Part shown: positions 12,960 through 28,420 of the stretch, piece after piece
Position numbering within the stretch: position 1 is the stretch's first letter
Layout: the number at the start of each line of letters is the position of its first letter
Assembly: GCF_009914755.1 (NCBI RefSeq)
Contig: NC_060939.1
DNA from: the human T2T-CHM13v2.0 reference genome, Homo sapiens
DNA: 64,000 bases
Reading direction: 5' to 3' (one strand)
Notes under the pieces: model-generated
Told to the model about the DNA's origin: nothing
What the model saw: the letters and a program-made list of their open reading frames with translations, nothing else
Database searches by the model: none
Position numbers and translations under genes: made by a program

Positions 12960-13496
12960 GAATTCTCATTTACAATTTTCACCTTGATGTTTATTTATCC
13001 TTTATATGAAAATACATTCAGATTTTGTCTATTTGGAATGCAATTAGATTATTAATCCTTTAGATGATCACTATAAATAGGACCCAAATTATGTGAAAAT
13101 CACATAATTGATGATTTTTGCTAAAGTTAAGAGAATAAATTTTATGGAATAAATATATGGTAATTTATGTATTATGTATGTCTTCATTTTATTCTCATGC
13201 AAATGTCACCAATTCACCAAAATAATCCTCAGACATGGACATTAATAATTAAATTCAGTCATCTTTGGTATTTCGCAGACTTTCAGACCTTAAAAAGAAG
13301 TTTTAAAACCCACAAAGCTTTACATATATTTGGTATTGCCACAGTGAGGATATGTTTGGCCTGGTAGGAAGATAGAACCTATTTTATAAAGTAATTTGTT
13401 AGCTTGATTTATAATTTTTAAATATGCAGGCATATGTTATATGAGCCTCCATTTGTACTCTAGTCCCAGGCCTCATAAATGTTAGGATGGACATGG
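12960..13496. mobile_element. MER45-like hAT-Tip100 relic
   Basis: Right end TTTGTACTCTAGTCCCAGGCCTCATAAATGTTAGGATGGACATG resembles the MER45 terminus. AT-rich body; left boundary uncertain. Confidence 0.45.
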
Positions 13497-13539
13497 ATTT
13501 TTGTAGTCCCCCAGAGGTTTCTCTTTGGTAATAGCTTCT

Positions 13540-14215
13540 GTATTTATGAGTGCCTCCTTTGCGTAAGGCACTGTGCTCTTGATGTGGATGAACGGATGCC
13601 TAAAACCCAGTTCCTGCCTTTTTGAGGCCTAGAGCCTGTCAGGTGACATAGAAGTAACTACACAGCAAAGTTAACAGAAGTAACTATACAGCAAGAAGAG
13701 TGTATGCAAGGTAGACACCTACAAAAAGGAGTGGTGAATTCTATCCAGGAACATCAGAAAAGGTGTTTCAAAGAAGACGAAATGTGAACTAGGTTTTGAG
13801 GGATAGAGAGGAGTTCACAAGGAGAGACAATGTGGGTGAGGGAAGAGAGAGAGAGCAGCAAGACTCCTCGGGGAGCTGAAGCCGCAGACACACGGGGAGT
13901 CGAGAGGGCGATAGCAGGAGCCACAACTGGAGGCAGGCCTGGTCGGCCATGCTCAGGCACTTGAAATGCATTTCTCATAGATAATTGAAGCTCTGAGGGC
14001 TTTTTAGCAAGAGAATACAATTAATATGCTTGAATTTAGAAAATAATATGTGGAGGTTCTCTGAACAAATGATTACGGAGAAGGGAGTTTGGAAACAGGA
14101 AGATTCATTAGAAGGTTTAGATAATAATCTAGGAAAGAGAGGACAGGATGCCAAGACATAAAATGGCACCAAGGATGGACTCCAAATGACTAAAGTTGAG
14201 AGACACTTTAGCTTT
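13540..14215 (-). mobile_element. L2 relic
   Basis: Reverse L2 signature: TATTTATGAGTGCCTCCTTTGCGTAAGGCACTGTGCT followed by a purine-rich body. Confidence 0.6.
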
Positions 14216-14250
14216 CCAAGTTTCATTTGTTGTCAAATATAATGTCTTAA

Positions 14251-14747
<497 letters not shown>

Positions 14748-15439
14748 TTAAATATATATACAGTTGTGTATGTGTGTGTGCACACCCATACGGCTGTCTG
14801 GCTGAGCTGTTCACTCAATTCAGAAATCTTCCCTACAACATCTCAGATGGTCTGTCATCCAGGTTCAACTTGAAGGCCTGTAGTATAAGGTCCAATTATT
14901 TCCAGGGTTCTACCATTAGACGATTTTGGTTTCTAGAAAATGGTCCTTTGTGTTGTTAAGTAGAAATGTACCTCTACCAAACTTTCACTTCTTGGTCTAG
15001 TTTTATTTTTTGGAGTAATAGACGGCTAGCCACTAGAAATTAGAACTGACAGCTCTTCCCATAATTCAGGTAGCTATTGTGTTTCTTCTTCTCAGTTGTT
15101 TATTTCCAAGTTAAACACTTCCAGTTCACCCTCTTCCCACCACTACCAGTAGCCTGATCAGACAACTCCAGATACATTCTGTTTTATTTAGTGTCTCCCT
15201 TAACATGCAACACCTAGCAATATGTCACAATTCGATTCATGCTTTTCCCTTTTCACACTTTTTCTTGTAATTAATGGAGATGACTGAGGTTTGAATGCAA
15301 TTTTCTATCTTCAGGACCCATTTTTATGAGATTTACCACAAAGGTTTCATTTCTATATTCAGAATATTTATATATACAAGATTTTTAACTTACTCCACCA
15401 GGAGGGGCTAGAGAAGGTGTGTCCTTTGTCAGTAATCCT

Positions 15440-15630
15440 GGGCTCCAGTGTACAGGTTCTGCTTGGGTCATACCCTAGCTCCCAGCTTATGACATTGGAT
15501 AAGTCTCTTCACCACTTTGAGTCTCAGTATCCTCATCTAAAAAACAGGGGACAATAGTTGCTGCTTGCTATTTTGTAAATCTTACATAAGATTATATATG
15601 GAAAATGTTTAGCCTTTTGCCTGGAACATA
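15440..15630 (+). mobile_element. MIR
   Basis: GACATTGGATAAGTCTCTTCACCACTTTGAGTCTCAGTATCCTCATCTAAAAAACAGGGGACAATAG core. Confidence 0.7.
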
Positions 15631-15632
15631 CT

Positions 15633-15722
15633 TGGGATTGCCAGATAAAATATAGGACACCCAGTTAAATTTGAACTTCAAATGAACAATAAACAATTTG
15701 TTAAGTATGCCGCAAATATGAC
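15633..15722. mobile_element. MER53-like hAT MITE, one arm only
   Basis: GGGATTGCCAGATAAAATATAGGACACCCAGTTAAATTTGAACTTCAAATGAACAAT matches one half of the palindromic MER53. Confidence 0.7.
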
Positions 15723-18700
15723 ATTATTGCCATTTTTACTTCTTCCCCTCATTTTTTGTCCTTTTCTCTGCTTCCTTTCCTTCTCCTCCTCCTCCTTTTC
15801 TTTCCTTCATCCTTTCTGCTTCCTTGTAACCTAGTTCTAATCTTAAAACACATCAGAAGTAACATGATTACATTCTAAGTCTTATTAGTTTGGAACAACT
15901 ATATCCTTTATTAGTGGGCTAATAAAGAGCTAGGCTGACAGCTGACCAAGATGTGTGCATAACTCTAAAAAAGTAAGCACTTTACTTCTCTGAGCTTAAA
16001 TTTTTTAATTGTAAGATAGAAATACTTAGAAACCTATCTCAGAGGATTATTGTGAGAATCAAAGTTCTCAGGTGAGTGTCTGGGCCATAGCAGGGAATCA
16101 AGAAATGGTAAATTTCATTAGCATTACTGCTCCAGCCTAAAACATGCATTTAGTATTATAATACAAAGAAAACTTCCTTCATTCTGATTTCTAGTTCAAA
16201 AACCATTTTAAGATAAGGAATTTCACAAAGTTATTTAACAACCTAAGTGGCATAAAGGACTGTTTCCAAGACTTCCTGACATGGAGGACTTTCCTTTCTC
16301 TTCCCACTTCCACTCTTGCATGTCCTCAAGCAGCCGGTGAGACTGTTCCCATTTGCGATCTTATGTGGTAACGGATCAAGCTTACACACCTGAATATATC
16401 AGAAATGGAAACTGTTGTTTATAGTCTCAATCACAGAACACTTTACAAATCAAAGTATCATAGAATATCTTTTCTTTTTGCCTGCCTTCTCGCATCCTTT
16501 TTTATTTTGCTTCTTCATTAAACCTCTAAACAAAGGCTATGAAGAGGAATACTCGGAAGTACCAAAGCCATGCCTTCTCCACACACACTGAACATTCCTC
16601 CATTCCAACCAGGAACAATGAAGTCCAAACCACCCCAAGCTCATAGAGATTTGGCATATTCCTAGATATCCCCAAGGAAGATGATATGATCATTCCACAA
16701 CCCTTGGTTCCAGACTTTAAATACACCATAGTATCATGGTCTTTCTGATACATGATCAATATCTACAACCCGATGAAACATACACACACACTTTTTCTCT
16801 TGTCTTCTTGCAAAAAGAAGAACAGGACCACGCAGGTTATGAAACTAATGAGAGTTTCTCCCATTCCCAGGATCCCCATTTTTAATCTGAGCATCCCATG
16901 AACAGACGGGATCCTCTACATACCAGTATGTGACACCCAACAGGAGCACCTCACATTCCTACAATGAATTCTCCTTCCATTACTCAAGAGATCTGCAGCA
17001 CTCTTCTTTAAGGGGAAGAAAATATTAAAATGCTTCATTTCTTTCACAGGATATACAAATTAGTATAGTTATTCTCTCAGAATAAAAACATGTTTAGATG
17101 GATTCAGGACACTCCATTTAAAATATCCGTTACCCTCAAATCAAATTTTCACTGCCGTTGAGCAGCAAGGGGCGATGCCCTGGAATCAGTGAGCTGCTAA
17201 GATTTCTTCTGCTGAAGTGTTTAATTTCATTTTACTTTCCACAAATAAGCATGCTTGGAGCCACTGCCTGCCTTCCTCTGGAGTAATTGAAAAATTTAAT
17301 TCACATTAAGCCAGAGAGGATGGTGTTTTTCCCGAAGGTCACCCAAGGCAAATATTTTAAACCTCTAACAGCCCATCATTCAGAGATGCCTGTCTCGTCT
17401 TTTCCTGATGAGGTGCTTCCGGGAGCCAAACACAGCCCAGCTTCCACCGCCTTGCCTCAGCCCCTGGGTGGAAGGTCACCCGAGAGGCTGGCAGACACAT
17501 CTCAGATTTGGTCCCCAATGTGATTCTTACGATGTCTAAGGTATATGTCTCAGGCACCCCTCCAATCAGAGATCTATGAGTTTTTAGGCTTCATTTCTGC
17601 TTAAAAGATTAACGTGAGTGGAGACCAAAACCTCTCTGCTACCTCAATTCGAACTGCAAGCAGCTTACTAGAGAATGAGTATTTCACCAGGGCTGGGTTA
17701 TGCTTCAAATCTTATCATCCCTTCCTAAAAACTAATAATGTTTTGCACTTATGTGATGCCTTTCATCAGCCTCAGCTAATATATGCCACATTGCTCGAAC
17801 TCAGAGATGAGTAAATCATTAATTGTTCATAACGCCCTGCATAAGCGCTCTCAGATCGTCATGCGTAAGGATTCAATCAAGCACAATGACATCTATGCAT
17901 ATTTCTTTTTTATTCAGGTATAAAACATGTGCAATGACTTATAAACAAATTTCTCATGAACACAACCAAAAGCATATCATCACCAAGATGAACTCAAACC
18001 ACAGAAGTAGAAGATACTCTGCCCATGTATCATGGTACTTTTCATGAGAAAGACCAAGGAGCTTCCAAGGAAAAAGAATAAGAAGGGACATAAATATTTA
18101 TTTAGAAAAATATCTAAGACACTAGATTTTTCCCTTTCAGTGTAGCATAACATTCCTCAGTCACTTCTTGCAAAGATAATACTTTTTAAAAGGAAAGAAA
18201 AGCTAACATAGTAAAATGCAGTGAGATCTGATAAGAAGAGTTCCATCTGATTCAGTTCCTGGATTTTTCCTTTATTTGCATTATAGAGTTAGAATTCATA
18301 CTTTAACTATGGTGCCTTATCATCCATAGAGACACAGTCACTCTGAATCTTTGTTGATTTCAAAGTATCAAGAAGCATTCATGAAGCCGGGAAGAGATGA
18401 TGGTCACGAACCAGATGACCTCCTATTATTCGCCAGAAAAAGTGAAAGAGCAGAGAGAATTTTCAATAAGGCAAACCAGCAGGCTTTGTGTCAGCTCCTA
18501 TGAGGAAGCAGGTAGCCACGGCCTGAGTCACAGACTGTCTAGGGTGAGCAGGCCTGGAAAAAGTGTGGAGGGACATTTGGAGAAGACAGGGATGTGTCTG
18601 TTTCTGTGGTCTCCTGTCTCGGTCCTAGGTAGAGAAAAGCTACGAGCAGAAAGAAGATGTTTTACATTCAAACACAGTCTTTTTCAATTTGAGTTTGATA

Positions 18701-19299
18701 AATGGGCTTTGCTAATTATCCTCCATTTGAATCCAGATTCATTTTCTGCTCTTCTCAGCTTGTGTAAGGTGCATTGCTTCATGCCACATCAGCCCTGGGG
18801 TGTCTGTAGCATCCTAACAATAGTGACAACACAGTACACCCCCCACATACTCTCCCATGAATCACAGAACCTCAAATCCCACCAAATGCCCTCCTGCAGG
18901 TTTCCCATAGATTTGCACAAGGCCACAGTAGCCATGCTTTCCCGCTCCTGGTGCCCAAAATCTCCCTGGCTGCTTCCACTGTGGGCTCCTGGGAGGATCA
19001 GCTGCCACCCTGCTCTTCTTGGCCTCCTGCCCATTGGCACCCCTTTCCGTTCTGCTCTGGCTGTCACTGGGGAAGGAGCAATGGGTGAGCTTTCTTCCCT
19101 CATCCACTGGGGATCCCATCACTAGACTGTAAATAACTCTGCACTGCATCCTCAGATTTTCAGGATTTTAGGAGACTCTGGGAATGCAGCAGTTCTCTTT
19201 GGTCTCCTCTTTACCACAGCCATCAATATGACACCATGATCTCATCGCCAACCTCTTCAGGGCTGTCCTCTAACCTAGGACTGGGCTGTACATACTCTA

Positions 19300-20030
<731 letters not shown>

Positions 20031-20309
20031 CTCTATAAATGTGTACAACAGATCCTCAAATGTTGGCCTCCAACCAGGCTTAGTGTTTCAACTCTTCCTG
20101 CCTGCAGCAGAGAGCGTCCCCTGCATTATAAATGCAATGTCATGGAGGTAATTACTACCTAAGGACAGAAGAGGCCTCAGCCCCAAAAAGTCCAGCCAAT
20201 GTTGCTCCTGATGCATCCTCACCCTCCCTCCCTCCCTAATTCTAATAGCCCTTCCCTATGCCTGAGCGCAGCTATTCCATAATGGGTTTACACCTGCTCC
20301 ACGCTTTAG

Positions 20310-20500
20310 GGTTAGGCCAGTCTGTTCTGACTTCAGTTCCACCACTTACCAGCTGAGGGTCTTAGGCAAGTTATCTACTCTCTCTGAACCTCAGTTTCCT
20401 CATCTACAAAGGGACATAGTAATACCCATCAAAAGGGTTGAGTTGAGGTAACAAATGCCATATGGTTGAAACAGTGTCCAGTGCCATGTGAATGTTAAGT
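20310..20500 (+). mobile_element. MIR
   Basis: CCACTTACCAGCTGAGGGTCTTAGGCAAGTTATCTACTCTCTCTGAACCTCAGTTTCCTCATCTACAAA core. Confidence 0.8.
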
Positions 20501-22489
20501 GCCTTTTCTTTTTCTTCTTCTTGTTAATATTAACCTTTACAATATAACCTACATGTGCCCTTTTAAAATAGGCAACTAATCTTCAGTTGGATTTCATTAT
20601 TATAGACCTTACATCATGTTCCAAAAGTCTCAAATAACATGTTCTATAAAAGCAAAAGCCTAAAAAATAAGACAAAACTCAAAAAAAGGCAAATAGTGAA
20701 TTTAAAGACTTTGTGTTTTGTTTGTAGTTTCTGATACCAGCAGGAATATGATCTCCTAATAAGAATTTATGTAAGAATGAAAGAAGAAAAAGGATATAGA
20801 ACACTGTACACTGTGCCTAGATATAGAACACATTTAACATGTAGTGGTGGTGATTATTACTATAACTACTATGATTATGATTACGAGTATTAGTCCTAAG
20901 GAGAAAAGTGCTTAAACGTTCATTCCAAATCTTGTAAGGTGATCATTTCGTTGACTGCTGGGAAAAGCCATGAAGCTTCTTTTCCCAGTTAAGTTTGAAT
21001 TGTATGTATACATGTGGGAACAGATATAAATCAATATATAGAACACAAAGTAATTTCTTCAAATACTTGGAAAACAGAAAGGGAATCATTGATTAATGCA
21101 GAAAAGAGAACAACACTTGTCCTGGGCAGCTGGCAGCCTTCTTGGTGGTATTGCAAGCGGTAGTTCCTGCTAAATTCCACACTACTTTCTCGCTCAGACA
21201 GCTTTTTAGCTTCTGTTAGAAATAAGTGAGTGCTTTAAGCCTCAAAGCAAAATACATCACCTCCCGATGAACCTGAGCAGCCCATCCCAGGTACCGGTGG
21301 CCAGATTCACCATTCATCCACGAAGGAACATGGTAAACAGGAAGGAAGGAAAGTTCGCTTTAAAAACATGGACACCTCCTCTGCTCTGGGCCAGATCTCC
21401 AGGCTCATTTGCAATGAGTTCTAAGGGGATGCACGGGGAAGGGATTCTGGTTCAAGAAAGAAGGAGTGAGGGGAAGTGGGAGGGGGAGGTACATAGTGTA
21501 GACTCTATTGCAAAAATATTCCCTTCTGCATAGAAATCCACAGGCTGGCTGCAGTCATTACAGTTCTTTGCCAGGGCCTGCAGAAGATATCTTCTTTAGA
21601 TGGGCACCAGGGAAATGCTGCCTATCTGGAGCTGTTTGATTTGTTCTCTGGGTTAGATATTGATTTTTCTTTCAGTGGAATAGCAAAGGCAAGAGAGCAT
21701 GAAGGAGGGAGAGAGAGGTGGGTTCCCTTCCCCCATCGCTGGCTCAGGGTGATGTCTCAGAGCACCTGTAAGCAACTCCTTATCTTTTACAGGAGATGAG
21801 AAATTGAGCCAGGACTCTCCAGTAGTCAGACAGCTGTTAGAAGCACAGTGTGCTATGACTGTGAGAAATACACTAACCCCCTCCCTTATCACTCTGTCTC
21901 CAGTCACATACAGCCTATTTAGTGTGTTGATAACCATATTAAAATCATCCACATACAGTTTGAATATTGATGAAAGCACAACTATATTTAGATTTGATTT
22001 TTCTTCCCTAGTCCTCACCCTCCCCAAACTCTCATCTTTCCTATTTCTTTAAGTTTCTCGAAAATTGTGCAAATTGTTAAACATTTATCAGAATATGTTT
22101 TTCATATCAAGACACATCCATACAGTAAAGGTTTTGGCTGAGCTGATCAGCTTCTCTGATCGGGAGAAATTGCTTCTGTGTAAGAACTAATACCCACCTG
22201 GTTTCAAACCTCAGCCGCTGGCAAATATGTCATAGCAAGAGACATTTCCTGTTTCTTTGACAGATTGGCCCGGGGCTGAAATTTAATCTAGTATGTCAAA
22301 AGTGGTAGGTGGGGAGAAAAAGCAGAGAAACTCTGTCCCCACTCAGATTTTTATAGACAACCTTTTTTGAAAGTACTGTGGTTATCAGTGGGACCTGATA
22401 AGCAGTAACGGTCCGCATTGTAAAATAAAACAATAAAGAGCCTTTATAGACCTCTAAATTTATTATTTTCAATGATAAAATATTCATAC

Positions 22490-23860
22490 CAAAAGACAGA
22501 TGTGGGGATTCACAGGCAAAAACCAAAATGATCTAGTAACAGACCTTACACCTTTCATAAAAATTATCTATGAATGGACCATAGACCTAAGTGTAAAACA
22601 CAAAATGATAAACTCCTAGAAAATAATGTAGGAGAGAATATAATAGATGACCTCTGTTCAGTGATAACTCTTTAGATACAACACCGAAGACACAATCCAT
22701 GGAAGAAATAACTGAAAGGCTGAACTTCATTAAAACTAAAAACTTCTTCTCTACAAAAGATACTGTCAAGAGAATGAGAGGACAAGCCATAACCTGGGAG
22801 AAAATGTTTGCAAAAGACACGTATGATAAAGGATTGTCAATCAAAATATACAAAGAACTCTTAAAACTCAACAAAAAGAAAACAAACAACTCTATTAAAA
22901 ATAGATATTTCACCAACGAAGGTATAAGATAGCAAATAAGCACATGAAAAGATGTTCCACATAATGTTATTAGGAAAATGCAGATTAAACGAGATACCAC
23001 TACATAACTACTAGAATGGCCAAAGTCTAGAACACTGACAACATCATGCTGGCAAGGATGTGGAATAACAAAAACTCTCATTAATTGCTGATGAGACTAC
23101 AAAATGGTACAGCCACTTTGGAAGACAGTTTGGCAATTTCTTGCAAAACTAAACCTACCCTTACTGTATGATCTAGCAATGGCCTTCCTTGGCATTTACC
23201 CAAATAAATTGAAACATGTCTAAACAAAACCCGCACAGGGATGTATATAGCAGCTTTATTCACAATTGCCCAAACTTGGAAGCAACCAAAATGTCCATCA
23301 GTAGATGAGCGGATAAATAAACTGTGGTACATGCATACAATGGAATATTGTTCACCTCTAAAAGAGAAATGAGCTATTAAGCTATGAGGAAACTTAAATG
23401 CATATTACTAAGCGAAAGAAGTCAGTCTGAAATGGCTACATACTCTATGATTCCAACTTTATGACCTTCTGGAAAGGGCAAAACTATGGAGACAGTAAAA
23501 TGATCAGTAGTTGCTAGGGGCTGGGGTAAGGAAGGAAAAATAGACAGAGCACAGAGGAGTTGTAGGGCAATGAAACTACTCTCTATGATACTATAATGGT
23601 AGACACATGTCATTATACATTTGTCCAAACCCATAGAATGTACAACACCAAGAGTGAACCCTAATGGAAACTACAGACTCTGGGTGATAATATTGAGTCA
23701 GTGTAGGTTCATCAGTTGTAACAAATGGACCACTTTGGTGGGAGATGTTGACAATGGGGGAGGCTGTGCATGTGTAGGGGTGGGGAGTATATGGACAATC
23801 TCTATATCTTTCACTCAATTTTGCTGTGAACCTAAAATGGCTCTAAAAAATAAAGGGCAT
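22490..23860 (+). mobile_element. L1MC1/2-like 3' fragment
   Basis: ORF2 relic (LNFIKTKNFFSTKDTVKRMRGQAITWEKMFA). The 3'UTR contains GTACAACACCAAGAGTGAACCCTAATG and ends GCTCTAAAAAATAAAG. Confidence 0.9.
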
Positions 23861-24569
23861 ATAAAAGAAAAACAAAGATAAGATAGAGTGGCAATATGAT
23901 GAAGTTCTTTCCTATGGGAGGGAGAAAGGAAGATGGGAAAGGAAGTAGAAAATGTACCAATCAGATTTAAAAGCTCAACTTACTGCTCTCGCGATGCTGC
24001 AATGAAGACCTCATGGCACTAACCCCTTGTCTCTTCTTTGGTTGGCTCTAGTTTCCATGTCACCATCTCTCCTTTTCTTTTGCTCTCACTTTCTGTTCTT
24101 TCTTGTCCTCCCTTTACTTCATCTTCCTATTTGTACTTGTCTCATGCTGCAGGGACACATCTGGGTTCCAAATCCCCACAACCTTTCTAGTTGGCTGCCC
24201 TTCAGGACCTGGTTTCTTGAACCTTTTGACCACACTATAAGTAAGAGCCTTGATCTTTTTTCTGACTCTAAAGCAAGCACCTCCTGAAAGGGTGGAATGA
24301 TAGTGAAGCTATCATCCTCACTACTTATATCCAAGAAACACTTTTTACATACTCACAAATCATCAGACTGTATTCTTAAAAAAAATAGCAATTTTCAAAA
24401 AGAATACCTACAGTGTGCTTGTCTTCAAATCTTTCCCCCAATTAATTCCATAAACTCTTATTGAGGTACTGAGGACATGGTTGCTGACCTTGGGGACAGG
24501 AGAGTTGTCTTTCTGACATGGAAGATAAACTTGTCCTCAAATAATTAAAGTCCAATGTGCTTAGTTCAA

Positions 24570-25280
24570 CATTGGAGGACTATTCAGAGAAGGATGATTA
24601 TAAAGAACATAATCTGAATTGCAAAGCAATGAGAAAGAAAAGAAAGACTTTCCAGAGGATGGGGCATTTCAGAGAAATCTAGAAAGAAATGACAATCCAG
24701 CTGAGGAGACAGCAAAGATTCAAAAGCAGGAAGGTACTGCAGTGTTGCAAGACAAGACATGCGGTGCTCCTGAGGCAGGTGCAAAGGAGGCATGGCAGGG
24801 ATAAGTCTGGGGAGCAAGAGGCTAGATTTGGAAAGATCTTTTAGGCCACACTAAGGGATTTGGCCATCACTCTGCAAGAAGCCTTTGGAGGATTTTAGCA
24901 GAAAATGAAAATGGTGCTTTCTGGATGGTTGTGCTGGTGGTTGGAGGAAAGAAATCCTGAATAGGAAAGCCACTAGAGGAAGGCCTGTAAGGAGACCATC
25001 TCAGAAGGCCAGACAAGGATGGGGCAGCACTGCTGGTTGAGAGGAGAGGAGTGAGTTGAGAAATATGGAGAAAGTGAGAATCAATAAGATGTTTTCTTGG
25101 GGAATGGAAAGTAAGGGAAAACAAGGAGTCGAGAATGCACCGAAATGTCTGGCTCAGGTGGCTAACCACATGGCTGTATTGTTAACTAAAATATTGAGCA
25201 TGGGGGCAGAAGGGTGTGGACTTTGCAAGAAGATGAAAGATGCCACTCTTTACATATGTAGTTGCTCAATGGATGAATTG
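24570..25280 (-). mobile_element. L2 relic
   Basis: Purine-rich reverse L2 body (GGCCACACTAAGGGATTTGG ... GGAGGATTTTAGCAG ...). Boundaries approximate. Confidence 0.6.
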
Positions 25281-25847
25281 ATGAAGTATCAAAGAGCAAT
25301 ATCTTGGTGAAATACACTTTTCATCTATAGTGTGTCATGTCCTTATAGCAAGAACAACGCAATTTGCAGAATCAATAGACTCCAAGGGCTGTACATCATT
25401 ATCTTAGAGCTCAACATCTCCCTGCTCCCTACTGACAAAAGCTCCAGCCTCATCTTCTACTGTGGGTGGCGGCCATAAGCCCCACAGCATACATGCTTCC
25501 ACTTCAGGTCAGAGGATGTGCAGGATGTGCCGGCTTTCTCGCTTTCTCATTTCTGATATGGAAATAGTAATGCCCATCACTCCACCCACCTGCTGCCCTT
25601 CTTCCTTGATAGCCATTTTGAAAAGGTAAATTATCTAATACACTGACCATATCTTGTATTGCAAAAGTAAACATGTTAATGTAAACCCACCTAGGAGATG
25701 AAGAACGAAGCCCTCCATTTCAAATCAGGTTGCCTTTGGTGACACTCATTCTTTCATAACTTACTTCCTGCTAATAGTGCATAATTGCAGGTTTTATCTC
25801 CAAAATGTCTTTCTCATACATGCCACCATAGCTAATCCCTCAGGCTG

Positions 25848-26110
25848 TTATTGTTGTTGTTGTTGTTGTATAAACTATAAATAATTACATAGCATTTGTT
25901 ACTTGACAAGTACTATGCACTATGCTACACAGTTGTTAAGTGCTATCTCACAACATCATCCCATCATCACAACAATGCTAAGTATCCCTATTTTACAGTT
26001 AAGGAAACTACATCTCCAAAATGTGAATGAAAATTCCTAAGGTCTCACACTAAGTAAATGGAGCATCCAGGATTTATACCCAGGTTGACTAACTCTCCTA
26101 GTCACGATGC
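25848..26110 (-). mobile_element. MIR relic preceded by a short (TTG)n repeat
   Basis: (TTG)n at ~25848-25869, then CCCTATTTTACAGTTAAGGAAACT ... CAGGATTTATACCCAGG. Confidence 0.65.
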
Positions 26111-28199
26111 TATACGTCAATCAAATGGGAAGTCACTCACTTTAAAACTGTCCATGAATGAGAAGAACTTCATTTCACTGGTTAAAACCTAAAAGCATCT
26201 GGTAGGTTTTTCTTTTCCCTGAAGTTGCCTAAACTCTCCCTGCTTAGAAATGCATAGAACATTGAGGCAGAGACTGTTTCAAAGAGACCTCAGATGTGCT
26301 ATGTACTTTTAGACAGTGCAATTTTTACTTTTAAGAAAATAACAAGGCCACTTTCATCTATAACTTCCTTCAGTGGTCAGATTTCAATGGGTGTGTGTAT
26401 GTGTATGCATACACAGTGAAATACTACTCCCAACTTTTTATCTGCAAGGAGCTTCCATTAAATGCAAGCTGACAGGAGAGGGAAGAAGGCATAATCACCT
26501 GCTATCTATGCTTTTTTTTTTTTTACCAGCCAAATGGGGCCATCATCTAAGCTGAGATTAATCCTGGTACCCAAAACCTACAAAGGAAAGTTTCTTTCCT
26601 CAGGAGACACTTTAATCAAGACCCTGTCTGATGTCAGATAGAAATATCAGAATATTAGAAAACTATTGCAGTGTGAAGCCTCGATTTGATCAAATGCAGC
26701 GCCCCTCTGCTCCCAGTCCCCATCTTGAAAACTGGCATTTGCTTTCCGATTTTCTTTCCCTTTCAATTTGTTTTCCTGTCAAAGGGATCACTCTTCCTAT
26801 CCCCCTTTCCGGTAGTACCATCTGATTGAATTCCATTCAGAGCTCCTGGTGGTCCTGTTCTCCAAGCCTACTTGAGGGGGTCCCTTTGCCTGTTTCAAGC
26901 CATCTATCTCTCTGGGCAACTGAAATTGTGCTGCAAAATGTAGCACCACTTCTTGGGACCTTATTAACATATGTTCAGAGGGAATGGGCTTCAAGGGAGG
27001 AGGCATTAAGCATCTAAAACACACACTGAGACAGCAAAGACTCCAAGAGCATGGCAGACAAGGGATAAAAATCAAGTAACTGATATGAAAAAGCCAGGCA
27101 GTACACAAAGGGCCAAAGGAAGCTTTTCAATTTATATTTTTTGTGTTGATATCACATTTCTTCCTGCCTAGCAAAGATAGGTCCTGAAATACAGAGATGT
27201 CAGAGAGTTTCTATGCTTCCTGGCATCTTAGATTCACCTGAACTGAAGCCAGAAATAATATCATAAAACTAATTTAGCCATCACACCAATAGGACTCCCC
27301 AGCCATGAGATAGACTGGATAATTACATGTTTCCTATAATTTCTGACACTTGACTAGTTTCAGCAAATGGCACTTCTAAATATACATCTCTTTGTTGCAG
27401 CTACCTCTCTACATCAGTTTTTCATCAAGCAAAAGAAATTGAACAAAAAGTTAATTGCAAAGATGAAAAATCCAAGTCATTGTATCAGAACAATCTAAAT
27501 TAATTGACTCCCCCTGCCCCCTGCCTCCAAAAGTCCAATAACCTAAGTGATCGGGAAGACAAGCTGATCAAGCCACAGGTTTGTAAAGTCCAGACGAGTT
27601 GTACCATCTCAGGGGAGTTGCTTCACCTCTGGGCTCTCACCCTGTAAATGAGGAGGTTGAACTAAAGATTCTCTGTGGTTGTGTCCTGTGTGTTAATTAA
27701 TACCCTGTGAGCCAGCATCTTGTCCCATCCAATTGTTTGTGTTTCTCTATTGTCTGTATTAAAGCAGAAGGAGCTCTCTGATCTCTTATGCTGCTTCTCC
27801 ATTGGATCCCCTGAGACCCTATGGTGAGATACCCAATGTTTTCAAGTGTCTTCCAAAATACATTTCAGTTCATACTTCTAATTACACACACTACAAACAA
27901 TTAACAGTGAAACCAAAAGCTCTTGTTTAGTAGAACAGCTGATGTGGCTAAGATAAGGGTCGAGCCGAACCGTGAAAATGCCAAAGTCTCTGGCCAGCCC
28001 AGAAGGGCATCCTCCCTACTGGAAGATGCATGCCCAGCAGAATTTGCCTCACCTTCCACATAAAGAATAAGTGGGCTACACAAAACTGCAGAAAAAACAG
28101 CCAGTAGAATAAGTAAACATTTTTCTTGTCCAATGACCTGAGTAGAAAAAGATGTGTGGTGAAATATGGTTCTAATTTATAGGTGACCCATAAATAAGT

Positions 28200-28420
28200 C
28201 ATATTTACTGACAGCTAATATGCCAAGCACTGTTCTAAGGACCTGCTTCCTCAATTCATTATAGCAAGGAATAATGAATGAGGAAGGGACTGTTGCTATT
28301 CTACTTTATAGATGGAAAAATTAGAACACAGAGAAGTTAAACACACTAGTAGACAGGTAGTAAGTGGAGGAGGTGGGACTGGAACCTAGACATGCAGGTT
28401 TTAGAACGTGTACACTCATG
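28200..28420 (-). mobile_element. MIR
   Basis: ATATTTACTGACAGCTAATATGCCAAGCACTGTTCTAAG ... TTTATAGATGGAAAAATTAGAACACAGAGAAGTTAA. Confidence 0.7.

Noticed and set aside
17160-17178. CTCF-like motif GCAGCAAGGGGCGA (also one near 26696-26713)
   Set aside because: Several mismatches at core positions; not supportable without ChIP data.
18397-19125. Longest ORF (242 aa)
   Set aside because: No recognisable domain and a Ser/Leu/Pro/Cys-rich composition typical of non-coding frames. No supporting promoter or splice context; overlapping antisense ORFs look equally random.
21653-22052. Overlapping ORFs on both strands in unique sequence, a possible exon
   Set aside because: No recognisable protein family and no convincing splice-site pair identified by eye. 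A spliced alignment would be needed to exclude it fully.
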